From assembly GCF_006345805.1 (NCBI RefSeq), contig NC_043002.1:6572001-6636000 (forward strand): a stretch of DNA of 64,000 bases, in the 5' to 3' direction. Origin of the DNA: Octopus sinensis. Lineage: Eukaryota. Shown here in pieces: positions 1-12,061 of this stretch; positions within the stretch are counted from its first letter, which is position 1, and the number at the start of each line of letters is the position of its first letter. The notes under the pieces are model-generated. The model had not been told where the DNA came from, ran no database searches, and saw nothing but the letters and a program-made list of their open reading frames with translations. Position numbers and translations under genes: made by a program.

Positions 1-385
1 TTGGCAGACTACTGCTGGGGTATAAAAGAAGAAGATCACACTCCACACAAGAGGGTTAGAAGGGAAAATGTTGTTTAAACTGACAGGTGTGTTTTTAATT
101 CATAACCAATAAATGTTTTGTTATACCAACTAAATTTTTGTTTTGTTTTCTGTAACTTTCGGCATTTGCAATGTTGTGTTCAATACGCAATATTGTGCAA
201 TATATTATAAAAAATATGGTTCATGGTACAGGAAAACGGTACCTAATCTGGAGAAGTAAAGGTCAGAATCAGAATTAGGACAATTTTTTTACCCCAAAAC
301 AAGTCTTAGTTTTCTTGTACTTGTTTTGAACCTGAAATTTGTTGTACAAATAATTTTTAGTATCGCAATGCCTAGGTCAAATATA

Positions 386-585
386 CAGGGTGTCCCCACC
401 AAACCTGACATCATTTCATAGGTTTGTAACATAGTCAATTTTCACTCAAATGATCTCAAATTTTAGCAAAATATGTAAAAACTAAGTTTGGATCGGGCAT
501 TCCCGTGATACTGCTGCTGAAATGGCCACCACGTTCACCTGTCTTGACACCGTGTGACTTTTTTCTAAAGATCTATGTGAAAGGA
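386..585 (+). mobile_element. Tc1/mariner-superfamily relic (TIR start plus transposase C-terminal motif)
   Basis: TA|CAGGGTGTCCC TIR-like start at 384-396; 523-582 translates WPPRSPVLTPCDFFLKIYVK, matching the WPPRSPDLxPxDFFLWGYVK motif. Confidence 0.75.
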
Positions 586-1342
586 CTGCTAAGAGCAGAT
601 TCACTCAACACATGATCTTCATATTTACGTTTTAATCAATTTAATCAATTTATATTCTGGAGTTCTTGCCTATGACTTTCTTTTCAAGAACCGTAATTAA
701 CTCTAATGATTCTTCCCACTATAGGTGTACATCTTTTTAAAATTTAGTAACAATTATTTCCGTTTTATAACACTAAATATGTGGACATAAATATTTGCCT
801 TAAATATCTGCCCTTCAAGTAGGATGCATCTACTAGAAATTTTCCAAAGAACAAAAGCATCACGTTTTAGACAAATATTAATATATAGAAACGACGGGTG
901 GGGCGCTGTCCCACTCAAGCTATTTTCTTCGCAAAAGACATTGATGACTTGAAGGAAAATAAATGGTTTCGAACAGGAAGCGAAACCAAGAAGAAGTTTC
1001 GGTTCGCTGAGAACTACAACCGACATTAGGGCGCCTCCAGCTACAATGGCTATTTTGTTGGCTTTTAAAACTCTAATAACTTTCTGACACCTACCTCCTT
1101 GTTGCTATTAATCCTTATCATCTCTTCCTCTCGTGTGTACATGTGTAAAAATACACACACATACACGCACACGCGCGCATGCACGCACATACACGTTCGA
1201 ATAAGTGTGTGTGTATAATCATATACATATGTAAGTACAATATGTATATGTGTGTATATATATATTGCATAAATATAGATATATACAAATGCATGTATAC
1301 ACACATACTCGCGCACACACATATATGTAGGTACATATATTC

Positions 1343-1375
<33 letters not shown>

Positions 1376-1577
1376 TGTATGTATGTATGGCATATATATA
1401 TGCACACGTATATATAGTATATATAGTATATGTATAGTAAGCGTGTAAATATATATATATATAAATATATATACACGCATACTATACATATACTATATAT
1501 ATGTGTGCATATATATATATGCTAATATATATATATAATATATATATGTGCGTGTTGTATGTATACACACACACCAC

Positions 1578-1622
<45 letters not shown>

Positions 1623-1633
1623 TATATATATAT

Positions 1634-1671
<38 letters not shown>

Positions 1672-2105
1672 GTACGTATATGTGCAAGCAAGTATGTATG
1701 TAGGTATATATATATGTATTTACAAAGAGAGTTGATTGAACAAATTCATTTATTGTATAAATTTATAATCGTTTCACTGTTTATATGAACACCCAAAATA
1801 TTGCTGTACTATTATATAATATATGCAACTTTCTAATGAAGGTGTATCTTTATATCAATACAATGGAATTCTTCGCATTATAGCTGTACGTCTTATTAGA
1901 ATTTTCGTTCTATATGCTATTCAAAATCCTGAAAAGAATAAGTCTGCTAAGCAAGTGAGTCTATAGTTATATATAATATATTATAATATATACTATATAT
2001 TATTATATAGTATATAATAATATACTATATATATTATTATTTATATATAGTATATATAATAATATATTATATACACTATTTGTTTCAGCTGAATACTGCT
2101 GAATA

Positions 2106-2803
2106 CCCCAGTGCGTAACTGGTACTTAATTTATCGACCCCGAAAGGATGAAAGGCAAAGTCGACCTCGGCGAATTTGAACTCAGAACGTAACGGCAGAC
2201 GAATACCTATTTCTTTACTACCCACAAGGGGCTAAACACAGAGGGGACAAACAGTGACACACAAACGGATTATGTCGATTATATCGACCCCAGTGCATAA
2301 CTGGTACTTAATTTATCGACCCCGAAAGGATGAAAGGCAAAGTCGACCTTGGCGGAATTTGAACTCAGAACGTAACGGCAGACGAAATACCTATTTCTTT
2401 ACTACCCACAAGGGGCTAAACACAGAGGGGACAAACAGTGACACACAAACGGATTATGTCGATTATATCGACCCCAGTGCATAACTGGTACTTAATTTAT
2501 CGACCCCGAAAGGATGAAAGGCACAGTCGACCTCGGCGGAATTTGAACTCAGAACGTAAAGGCAGACGAAATACCTATTTCTTTACTACCCACAAGGGGC
2601 TAAACACAGAGGGGACAAACAGGGACAGACAAATGGATTAAGTTGATTATCGACCCCAGTGCGTAACTGGTACTTAAATTATCGACCCCGAAAGGATGAA
2701 AGGCAAAGTTGACCTCGGCGGAATTTGAACTCAGAACGTAGCGGCAGACGAAATACGGCTATGCATTTCGCCCGGCGCGCTAACGTTTCTGCCGGCTCGC
2801 CTT
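2106..2803 (-). mobile_element. Concatemeric tRNA-derived SINE (group A): one head plus about 3.6 tandem ~184-bp body units
   Basis: CCCCAGTGC recurs at 2106, 2288, 2472 and 2654 (period 182-184); the head (GGCGAGCCGGCAGAAACGTTAGC on the minus strand) occurs once at 2757-2803; same sequence as monomeric copies at 7648, 37286 and 53785. Confidence 0.9.
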
Positions 2804-4381
2804 CTGAAAGGCTGAAACAAATGTAAATATATGTAATGAAAAAATTTGTTCACCCCACTGTCATTGATTGGAATTATATTCATTCTACAAATTCGTATTT
2901 TCAAAGAAACGCTCTGTAAAAACAATCGATCTCTAATTTATAGACATATCCGATGGTCTGTAGCCATTTATGACCTTAAATGAGAAAACTCCGGGATGAA
3001 CACCTGAATGGAATTGATATGTGTGTGTGTGTGTGTGTTAACGACAATGGTTATGAAATTAACGCGGTGTATGATGTGTTGAGGAACAGAAGAGACAAAC
3101 GTACAGTCTATGACTGCACGCAACGAACGTGATGCCTCAAACACCAGCAACAACAACATTGATTTGTTAAGATAAATTTACTACAAATCAATACCGACAT
3201 TAAATCCAAAAGGGTGTATTAAAAACAAAATCACTGGCTGCACTTCTCATATAGGCTGTATATTTGTGAGCTTGGACTTTAATTTTGCAATGAGAAATGC
3301 GCGATTTTGTATTTTTGAATTTTGATTTTCATTTTGACTCTTGAGCGCTACGATGGATTTTGATTTTGATTTTGTTTTTGTTCTTGTTTTGTTTTGTTTC
3401 CAAACTATGCGGATCTTAATCCGTATAGCAAAGTCTTATGTTTCTACATATATATTAGGAAAAACCTACAAACTTTGTTTTCATGTTATTGTATTGCATA
3501 GGATTACCTTATTATTTTATTATACCTGGATTATTTTTTATAAATGACCCAAAATAGGATGTTATATTTTATTTATATGTCTTTCGTATATATTTTATTA
3601 ATGCACGCACCCATTTTTTAAAAGCAATGTTTTTTAAAAAAAGCAATGTTGTCAAAATTATAATGTTTATATAAGTATGTGTATAGCAAAGCATATGTAT
3701 TTGTAAGCATGCGTATCTGTGTATGTTTAAGTGAAAGTATGTTTGTGCTTAAGCACACATATACACGACGGTATGTATATGTATCCATTCAAACTTGTGT
3801 ATGTATACTGGTCTCTATAGATGCCAATAACAGCGTTACAAGTTTTTCCCCACCCCTCCTTCGTTCCTTTTTCTCTCTCTCCCTTTCTTTCGTTCCCCCT
3901 CCTTGCCCAGTATATGAGAATTGCTACGTAGATGAATTTTAGCTTGCGTGCGAGACGGTTTGCGTGAATATATGTACACATGCTTTTATGTGTATATTTA
4001 AATTTATATTCATACGTCTGTATATGTATGTATGGCGTTTACGCGCATCCTTTTGTGTATGTTGATATATATATGTGGATTTTAATATAAATATGTATTG
4101 CAGTATTAATAGCAGGTTTAATTTCTATGCATTAATTTGCACTGTCTTCATTTCATTAACGTCAATGGTTTTTTCCTCGGATTTTTAATTTTTATAAGTT
4201 TTTTTATATATAATTTTTATAACTTTTTATATATATACATATATCTTTGACCTTTTTGTTTATCGCTCGAAGATTGACCGTTTTTTCTAAAGGGCCAATC
4301 AAACAAGTCCATTTCTTTTTAAAGGTGTAGCGTTTGTAATAGTATAGATTGAATTGATATATCGTTCCATTCTAGCAAAAA

Positions 4382-4419
4382 CTGTCTGATGAACGGCAAC
4401 GAGAAACTCAGAGTAACAG
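4382..4419 (+). ncRNA. Minimal type I hammerhead ribozyme motif (Penelope-type)
   Basis: CTGT-CTGATGA-A CG GCAA CG A-GAAA-CTC A GA-GTA-ACAG: stem I CTGT/ACAG, intact CUGAUGA and GAAA, near-palindromic stem III, GUA cleavage triplet; A10.1-A11.1 mismatch; AATAAA shortly downstream. Confidence 0.7.
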
Positions 4420-4547
4420 ATTTTGTTGAATTTTCTGCTGCTTAAAATAAAGCATATTACTCTACCACTGGTATTTGAGTACTCTTTTTTCCACCTTGTT
4501 TCACACATTTATGTGTTTACTCCGGTTATATATATAATATATATATA

Positions 4548-4604
<57 letters not shown>

Positions 4605-4615
4605 GTATATATATT

Positions 4616-4657
<42 letters not shown>

Positions 4658-4788
4658 GAAACAGCTACTTTGTCCCACAAAGAACGTTTCCATTTACTTT
4701 GGGTACCCTGAGTATATCTATTTTTCTATCTATATATCTATCTATCTATCTATCTATCTATATATCTATCTATCTATCTATATATATA

Positions 4789-4819
<31 letters not shown>

Positions 4820-4946
4820 ATGGATGGATGGATGTATATTTTGGAATAATGGGTATATGTCAATTAGTGTGTTGATGTGTTGAGTACACTGGAAACAAAT
4901 TAAAGAGTTATACCAATCCATCTTCTGTTCCTTATCCTCTTAATCG

Positions 4947-4983
<37 letters not shown>

Positions 4984-5504
4984 ATATATTATATATAATA
5001 TATATATATATATATGTATGTATGTATGTAGTATGTCTGCATGCATGCATGCATGTATGTATGTATGCATGGATGCATGTATGCACGTATGTATTATGTA
5101 TGTATGCATGCATGCATGTATGTAAGTATGTTGTATATGTATGTATGTATGTATTAAATCATTTTATTATGCCGAAACTTGCATAGTCCAGGAAAGATAG
5201 GGTAAAGGTTTTTATTTCTCATTCCCTTTCAGAATTACAAGTATTAGTGGTTTGGAGTTTAACTGCTCTTTCTAGTGAGTCAGATGTCCTATTATGGTAA
5301 TCTCTTTTTTGTTTAAATGTACACTGTATTTTTCTATGAATAATATATAGTCTATTGACTAATTTTTCCTTCTCGCTAGACCACTGGTAGCAAGGAAGCT
5401 TAAAAAAAAGATTTTTGCTATCCTTAGATTTTAATTAATGATAAAAGGTGTTTGGCTAATTTTGAAAGAAAATCGGCAATTATATGTATGTATATATGTG
5501 TATA

Positions 5505-5570
<66 letters not shown>

Positions 5571-5630
5571 ATAGAAATATTAAAATAACTAAGTCTCTCT
5601 AAAGAGAACAGCGGCAGCGTTCCCGGAAAA

Positions 5631-5974
5631 TAATAGTTATCGCCATACTAATATGGCATTCTTATAAAAATAAGAAAAAAGCTGTCCGCTTATTAGCTCC
5701 ATGAGGCCATCGCCTTAAGTTAGCTATTTGATACACAAACTGATCCATATAACCTACTGGCTGGCTACGCTGCATTGAAAGGGGCAATACCCCGAACGCG
5801 TCTGTAGCTGCCGGTCAAGTAGTGTGGAGCGACTGACCTCCCTTGTTCGAAGGTTATATGGATACAGTTTGTGTATCAAATAGCTAACTTAAGGCGATGG
5901 CCTCATGGAGCTAATAAGCGGACAGCTTTTTTCTTATTTTTATAGAATCCATATTAGTATGGCGATAACTATTA
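5631..5974. repeat. Foldback/MITE-like element: ~124-bp inverted arms around a 95-bp structured spacer
   Basis: 5631-5755 is the near-perfect reverse complement of 5851-5974. Confidence 0.9.
5764..5808 (+). ncRNA. Degenerate type I hammerhead-like motif in the foldback spacer
   Basis: GCTACG-CTGCATTGAAA-GGGG CAATA CCCC-GAAC-GC-GTC-TGTAGC: stem I, stem II and GUC present; core has an insertion and GAAA lacks one A. Confidence 0.45.
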
Positions 5975-6123
5975 TTATTATATATAGTATATATATTATA
6001 TATAATATATATATATATATATATAATATATATTATATATATATATATTATATATATATTATATTTTAAAATTATAAGTATCTGAAAGAATGGAGTTGAA
6101 CGACTGGTTAACAAATGTCCTTT

Positions 6124-6208
6124 ATTCTCGACATATGTTTCGAAGGCTGCATATTCCTAATTCCGAAGGAATAAGGAGTACATTATGCAGATTTCTCTTC
6201 AGGAAAAT
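6124..6208 (-). ncRNA. Type I hammerhead ribozyme with long stem II
   Basis: Minus strand ATTTTC-CTGAAGA-G...C-GAAA-C ATAT GTC-GAGAAT: stem I 6 bp, G10.1-C11.1, stem II includes CTGCATA/TATGCAG, TCCT/AGGA and ATTC/GAAT, palindromic ACATATGT stem III, GUC site, overlapping AATAAA immediately 3'. Confidence 0.85.
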
Positions 6209-6920
6209 CAAGGAAACTTATGTCGACATCAAAATGCACAAAAACTTTTACTGACCTCTCTAAAGCCCATGGCGATAATGAGTGTCTCTTTATAATGAGT
6301 GACGTCGGAGTGGCTGAATGTAGAAGAATCTAGAAGTTTCTAAGGTTCAAGAGTTCAAACGAAGTAGGAGGAGGGAGGCATAAGAATAGTAAGGTGAGAG
6401 AGTACAGGTCAAAAGAATGGTGGGTTTAAATGATTCTTTTGTAATGAGTGCCTGTGTGTGTGACTGTATATAACTGTCTTAATGTGTGTATGTGTGTGTC
6501 TGAATGCGTGATGGTGTTTGTGGATGGGTAGAAGTCAGAAAACTGACAGCTGTGAGTTGAAAGGTCTGTATCTGTGTGTTCGATTATGTTTACTGTAGGG
6601 AATGAAAGTAGAGTAGCGAAAGGGAGAAAGAATCGAGCGAGGTGAGAGGCAACGCAAGAATGGATAGTAGTAATTGGGAATATAAGAAAATCTTTTTTGA
6701 CTATTGGGGTTAAATATAGCAAAAAAATTTTTTTGGGAATTCGAGAGGTTATCTATATTAGTCACTATTATATGAATGAAAGGTGTGTCTTTTCCAGTGT
6801 AAGCACCTGTGGGATCTTTCGACGATTGTGTTTACTAAGGGGCCTTTGGCGAACAAAATATGAATATTATATTATATTATATATATATATAATTTCATAT
6901 ATATATATATATGTGTATAT

Positions 6921-6993
<73 letters not shown>

Positions 6994-6998
6994 ATATA

Positions 6999-7032
<34 letters not shown>

Positions 7033-7040
7033 GTGTGTAT

Positions 7041-7072
<32 letters not shown>

Positions 7073-7099
7073 ATATATATATATCGTACACATATATAT

Positions 7100-7215
7100 A
7101 GGCGCAGGTGTGGCTGTGTGGTAAGAAGCTTATATCCAAACCACATGGTTCCGGGTTCAGTCCCGCTACATGGCACCTCGTTGCAGTGCCTTACGCTATA
7201 ACTTCCGGCTGACGG
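7100..7215 (+). mobile_element. 3'-truncated tRNA/CORE-like SINE (group B)
   Basis: GGCGCAGGTGTGGCTGTGTGGTAAGAAGC...GGTTCAGTCCC head identical in type to the 56264 copy. Confidence 0.8.
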
Positions 7216-7489
7216 ACAATTATAGTCCCTATCAGTATATATATGCATGCAAGTATGTGCTTTGACTACAGCATTATAGAAGTTTAGCTCTTATTTCTAG
7301 CAATGTAGGTGTTTCTAACACCCTAGTCATATTTAATGACAACTGTAGTTTTCTTCATTGGTAAAACATTGCAGACTGCTGCCTCTGTATACATATTAGC
7401 GATTTGCTAAATTATCCATAGATTTTTATGGTGCAAACATATTTACTGACAGAGAGAATTAAGGCGGGAATCGGCCGAAATTGAGCCAG

Positions 7490-7542
7490 TCCTTACTGAT
7501 GAGGGAACGGAGATTGCTGAAACTGAGCGGTCAGTATAGGGA
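7490..7542 (+). ncRNA. Type I hammerhead ribozyme
   Basis: TCCTTA-CTGATGA-(imperfect stem II)-GAAA-CTGA GCGG TCA-GTA-TAGGGA: stem I TCCTTA/TAGGGA, stem III ACTGA/TCAGT with a GCGG loop, predicted cleavage after A7536. Confidence 0.85.
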
Positions 7543-7647
7543 ATTCTCGATGGGTATTTTCAGGCGATTATAGTCCCTGTCAGTATGTGTATGCAATTAT
7601 GTGCCTTGACTGCAGCATTAGAACATTTTAGCTCTTATTCCTAACAA

Positions 7648-7887
7648 TATATATTTCTTTACTGCCCACGAGGGGCTAAACACAGAGGGGACAAACAAGG
7701 ACAGACAAACGGATTAAGTCGATTATATCGACCCCAGTGCGTAACCGGTACTTAATTTATCGACCCCGAAAGGATGAAAGTCAAAGTCGACCTCGGCGGA
7801 ATTTGAATTTAGAATGTAGCAGCAGACGAAATACGGCTACGCATTTCGCCCGGCGTGTTAACGTTTCTCTGCCAGCTCGCCGCCTTA
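7648..7887 (-). mobile_element. Full-length group A tRNA-derived SINE
   Basis: A-box and B-box-like head; 12-bp TSD TATTCCTAACAA at 7636-7647 and 7888-7899. Confidence 0.9.
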
Positions 7888-8624
7888 TATTCCTAACAAC
7901 ATAGGTGTTTCTTACACCTTAGTCATATTTAATGGCAATTATAGGTTTGGGTTTTGGTAAATTGATATAGACACATTGCAACCTATATTAATTTTACACA
8001 CACACACACACATATATATTACAAAAGAAAATTTAGAAAATGGAGATATAGCATTAATAAAATCTATTATCTGCAAAAATCCAACATTTTCTATTACAGC
8101 TATTTCAATTTAGCCTAAAAGATTAAATTACAATAATTAAATCATTATATCTGGCAAAAATCTCATCAGAGGGGTAGAAAAGATGTATCATTAGGTCATT
8201 AGGCGTTGTGTTTTTGTCTGTACATATATATTCCCCTTCCATTCCAAGACGCTGAACAGTTATCTCCCTTACCCACAACAATAACAATAATAATGATAAC
8301 CAATTACCTCCCCTTGTTTTTCTACTTCTGAAGTCATTCACTCGTAAATATCATCACGTAGGACATGGACAAAATTTATTCTTAAGAAAATGCATATTCA
8401 AATAGGTAGAAAAATAATATCATGAATATCGATAGTGAAACCGGTCGATATATTAAAAAGTGCATTAAAACTATGTAAAATGTGTGTATTTTCCTTTCTT
8501 AATTTCTTATATATATTACAACTCACCACGTAGGGATAATCGAAATTCCTCCTTTCTGTTACTACTATAATACATATATATATACATACATAATACTACC
8601 AACATGCATACATACATGTATACG

Positions 8625-8681
<57 letters not shown>

Positions 8682-8682
<1 letters not shown>

Positions 8683-8860
8683 TGGGCCAAAATAAGTTCA
8701 GTACAGTCTGAAATTGTCAAAGACATGCTTCAATTTTTCTAAAATTGAATGAAATAAATAAAATAATGAAGCTTGTACACGTATTTGCACAGGAACAAAA
8801 TGAATAACAACGTAATATGAATAAAATGGCAAGAGTTTTGCTGCATGTCTTTTGGCCCAC
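8682..8860. mobile_element. Small Tc1/mariner-type MITE candidate
   Basis: 11-bp terminal inverted repeat GTGGGCCAAAA/TTTTGGCCCAC within TA-rich flanks. Confidence 0.5.
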
Positions 8861-10764
8861 GCTGCGTGTATGTATATGTATATATATAAATATATATACA
8901 TATTTATATATGTATATCTATATATATGCATATATGTACATACATATATATATGCCCATATATATGTATATATATGTGTATATATATATATTATATATGT
9001 ATATATATATACATATTATATACATACACACAAACACATGCACGTATATAAATGTTCCATCACACGTATACACATATACTTACTGGTGTTATATTGATGT
9101 TTTCACAAGAATAACCAACACCACGTCTTTTCGACATATCCTTTTCTGTATTTTGTTTTTATTCGTAGCTTTTACCTTTTTTTTCTCGAATGACTGCCCA
9201 AGAGTGTAGTTATGTTAAACTTACATCTATGTTAACAAGGTATTATTTTGTTCTAAATCAGAAATCTGTTTCATCTGTCAACAACTCTTATTTTCCACAT
9301 GATATCATAGGTCAAATATTTGTGGGAAAATAAGGTATAAGATTCCTTGCCAGATTTCATAAGAGATATGCTAATGATCTACGTGACACGACAGTAAACA
9401 AACAAACAAATACAATAAACGATCAGTGTGATGATTTCAATACAGCTTGCAAACGTTTACACATTTACTCATTCGAACTACTTTCGCCATGTTATTATTT
9501 GCGCTTTCAGCTTTGCAATGGCCGAATGGCTACGGATAGAACGCATCAACCGTTTCATTTCATGCGTTGCCATCTTATATCGCGTTACTTGTAGAAAGTT
9601 CTTAGGTGTTTTACATACACTGTCTTAGTATTGCATGTTCATTTTATGAAAATGCGATGCGTACATGAAATGAACGAATACAGATCTTTATTCTAGATAA
9701 CAAAAGAAGGATAAGTCAAAATGTTATTAAGAATATTCGAGGTTGGAAACGAACGAAAAGAGAAAAAAAAAAAAGGAGAGAAGGAACAAATACTCTCGTG
9801 TTATTGGCATTGTATTCTTTTAAATGAAATGCATAATTGGGAGATGATCTTTGTTTCGTAGTTAGCTTCAAAGAAATATGACAAAGCTTAAAACGATATT
9901 AAAACAGCCAATCCAAGCCATGCAGTTTAATAGGCTCGTCTCATTTTTTTTTATGGCTTAGTCAAAGGAGGAAGGGCAACATACATGACCTTTGCAAGGC
10001 CTCCGAGACCGGGGAGAGGGAAAGGGCGGAAGAAATCACGATTCATAGCAACTCATAACTTGCTGCAGTAGGATGCAACGGTTTAGAATACCGAGATATC
10101 GAGTTAGCTTTTCACCGAGAATATCATCCGTCTCCGAGTAAAAATGTCTCTCGTTAAAACAGCCAAGGGACAAATGATGATTTTAAGCTGGGTTACAGGT
10201 CTGGTGTGCCCCATTCAATTCAATATGTGCCTATCTCAAATATTTTCCTCTTATTTTGAATTTATCAATTTCATATGGATGAAAGAACTGCTTCATCAAC
10301 TTTAGTCGAATTTAAATCGCTGAAGTTGTGTCACAGCAATATAAATAGAATAGAGTAAAAAGTTATCTCAGTTAATACACGGCGGGTGTTTTGTAAGAAT
10401 CAGAAAAAACGTCAGACTGCACGCATTACGGCATTTAATCCGGTGCCAGTAAAGTAAGGAACTTGTCGAGAATTGGTGTCGTTATATTTTACTGTATTCT
10501 GTCTCTCGATATTGTGGTTTCTATAAAAAATTTGAAATTATTAATTTGGAATAATTTCTAACGATAAGAAACTAATTATTTGTATAAAAATATACTCATA
10601 CTTATTGTGCAGGATTTAGTGGTATTTCAATCCAAGTCCATGAGATTAGAGACTGTAATTCGAGTCGCTTCACCATACACAGCTTCGTTATATCTATGAT
10701 TGGTGTACACTATCTATAACCACTTATACGCAGAATTTGGTGTTCTTTGTAAAATCCGAGTTAT

Positions 10765-10796
<32 letters not shown>

Positions 10797-10813
10797 GGGT
10801 ATTCGACTCGTAC

Positions 10814-10865
<52 letters not shown>

Positions 10866-11755
10866 ACATGACGCAGTTTTGTCAAAAGCATGTATTATGA
10901 ACTATGAAGTTAAGAAATATATCTTTAAATGTGATTTTTCGCTTTCATTTATGCTAATTCTACCATGGATTTTGCACGCAATTGAATTAAACACGTTGTC
11001 TAGTTTTCTGATTTCAGGTATTTCAGTTCGCATACAGTATTCTTAACTTGTGAGTTGCATAAAATTAATGTCATTTTCCTATTTCTCTAAAACTAATGCA
11101 TTGAAAATGATCGCGTTAACTTTGTATAATTTTTACCGTCAAGATGCGTAAAACTAAATTTTGTAAGTGGAAGGTATATACAGTTGACTGAGTAAACACA
11201 AGTACAGTAAAATTCTATGTTTAATATGCTACAATTTATATCACACATCCCAGTTTCGATTGTCGAGATTGTCTAAAAGAATCTATGTCTTGTATAATAA
11301 CACGTTCTGACAAAACTTAGGGTACCAACAAGGTTCTTGACCCCACGTAAGCGTATAATATATGTGTGGACATACACAAACACAGGCACATACATATACA
11401 GTAGAATTGTGGACAGTATTCTCTGAATATTAAAGAGCAGACACTTCACTATAATGCAAAATATTTCTTTTATACATATAAAATAAATTGGTGATTAAAA
11501 AATATGTAGATAGTAAAATTTCAGAACATGAATAGTATATTTCTATAAAAAGTGAAATCCATGCATAATACGGTACTATGCATTGTACATGGATTTTATT
11601 AAGCCATCAGATGTAAGGCCAAAACTTAATGAACATAAGGCAGCCTGACAATTTGTCTTTTCTTTTCGCCCGCTGCCGAAATTTTTAGGTTTTTTTGAAA
11701 ATCAAAAGAACATAGAATTTTGACACTCTTTTACGCTAGCTATATATATATAATT

Positions 11756-12061
11756 GTGGAGGCGCAATGGCCTAGTGGTTAGGGCAGCGAACTCGCGGTC
11801 GTAGGATCGCGGTTTCGATTCCCAGACCGGGCGTTGTGTGTGTTTATTGAGCGAAAACACCTTAAAGCTCCACGAGGCTCCGGCAGGGGGTGGTGATCCC
11901 TGCTGTACTCTTTCACTACTCTTTCTCTCACTCTTTCTTCTGTTAGCCTGCTCGCTTAGCCAGCGGGGTGGCGTCATTCGAAGGCTAAAACAATGCGAAC
12001 GCATTGTGATCAGCGATGTGTAGCAACATCTGATGGTCTGGTCGGTCACGTGATCACGTGA
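11756..12061 (+). mobile_element. Full-length group C tRNA-derived SINE (tail type 1)
   Basis: Head GTGGAGGCGCAATGGCCTAGTGGTTAGGGCAGCG...GGTTTCGATTCCC with A and B boxes; TSD-like (TA)nATT on both sides. Confidence 0.9.

Larger units (their letters stand above)
7219..7980 (+). repeat. Partial tandem duplication with a 348-bp period that contains a hammerhead; second unit interrupted by a SINE
   Basis: ATTATAGTCCCT at 7219 and 7567; downstream sequences align (GCTCTTATT.CTA.CAA...GGTGTTTCT.ACACC.TAGTCATATTTAATG) once the SINE insertion is removed. Confidence 0.8.

Noticed and set aside
2106-2803. Regular array that might be read as CRISPR or as tandem small genes (ORFs 2254, 2438)
   Set aside because: Units are wholly repeated with no unique spacers, match a dispersed SINE, and there are no cas genes in this eukaryotic DNA.
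5806-5835. CTGCCGGTCAAG...GTGGAG resembling a twister ribozyme
   Set aside because: The P4 stem and pseudoknot partners (CCC/GGG, AAGC) are missing.
11756-11830. tRNA-like cloverleaf heads here and at 22414, 27050 and 56264
   Set aside because: They continue into shared SINE bodies with TSDs, so they are not stand-alone tRNA genes.
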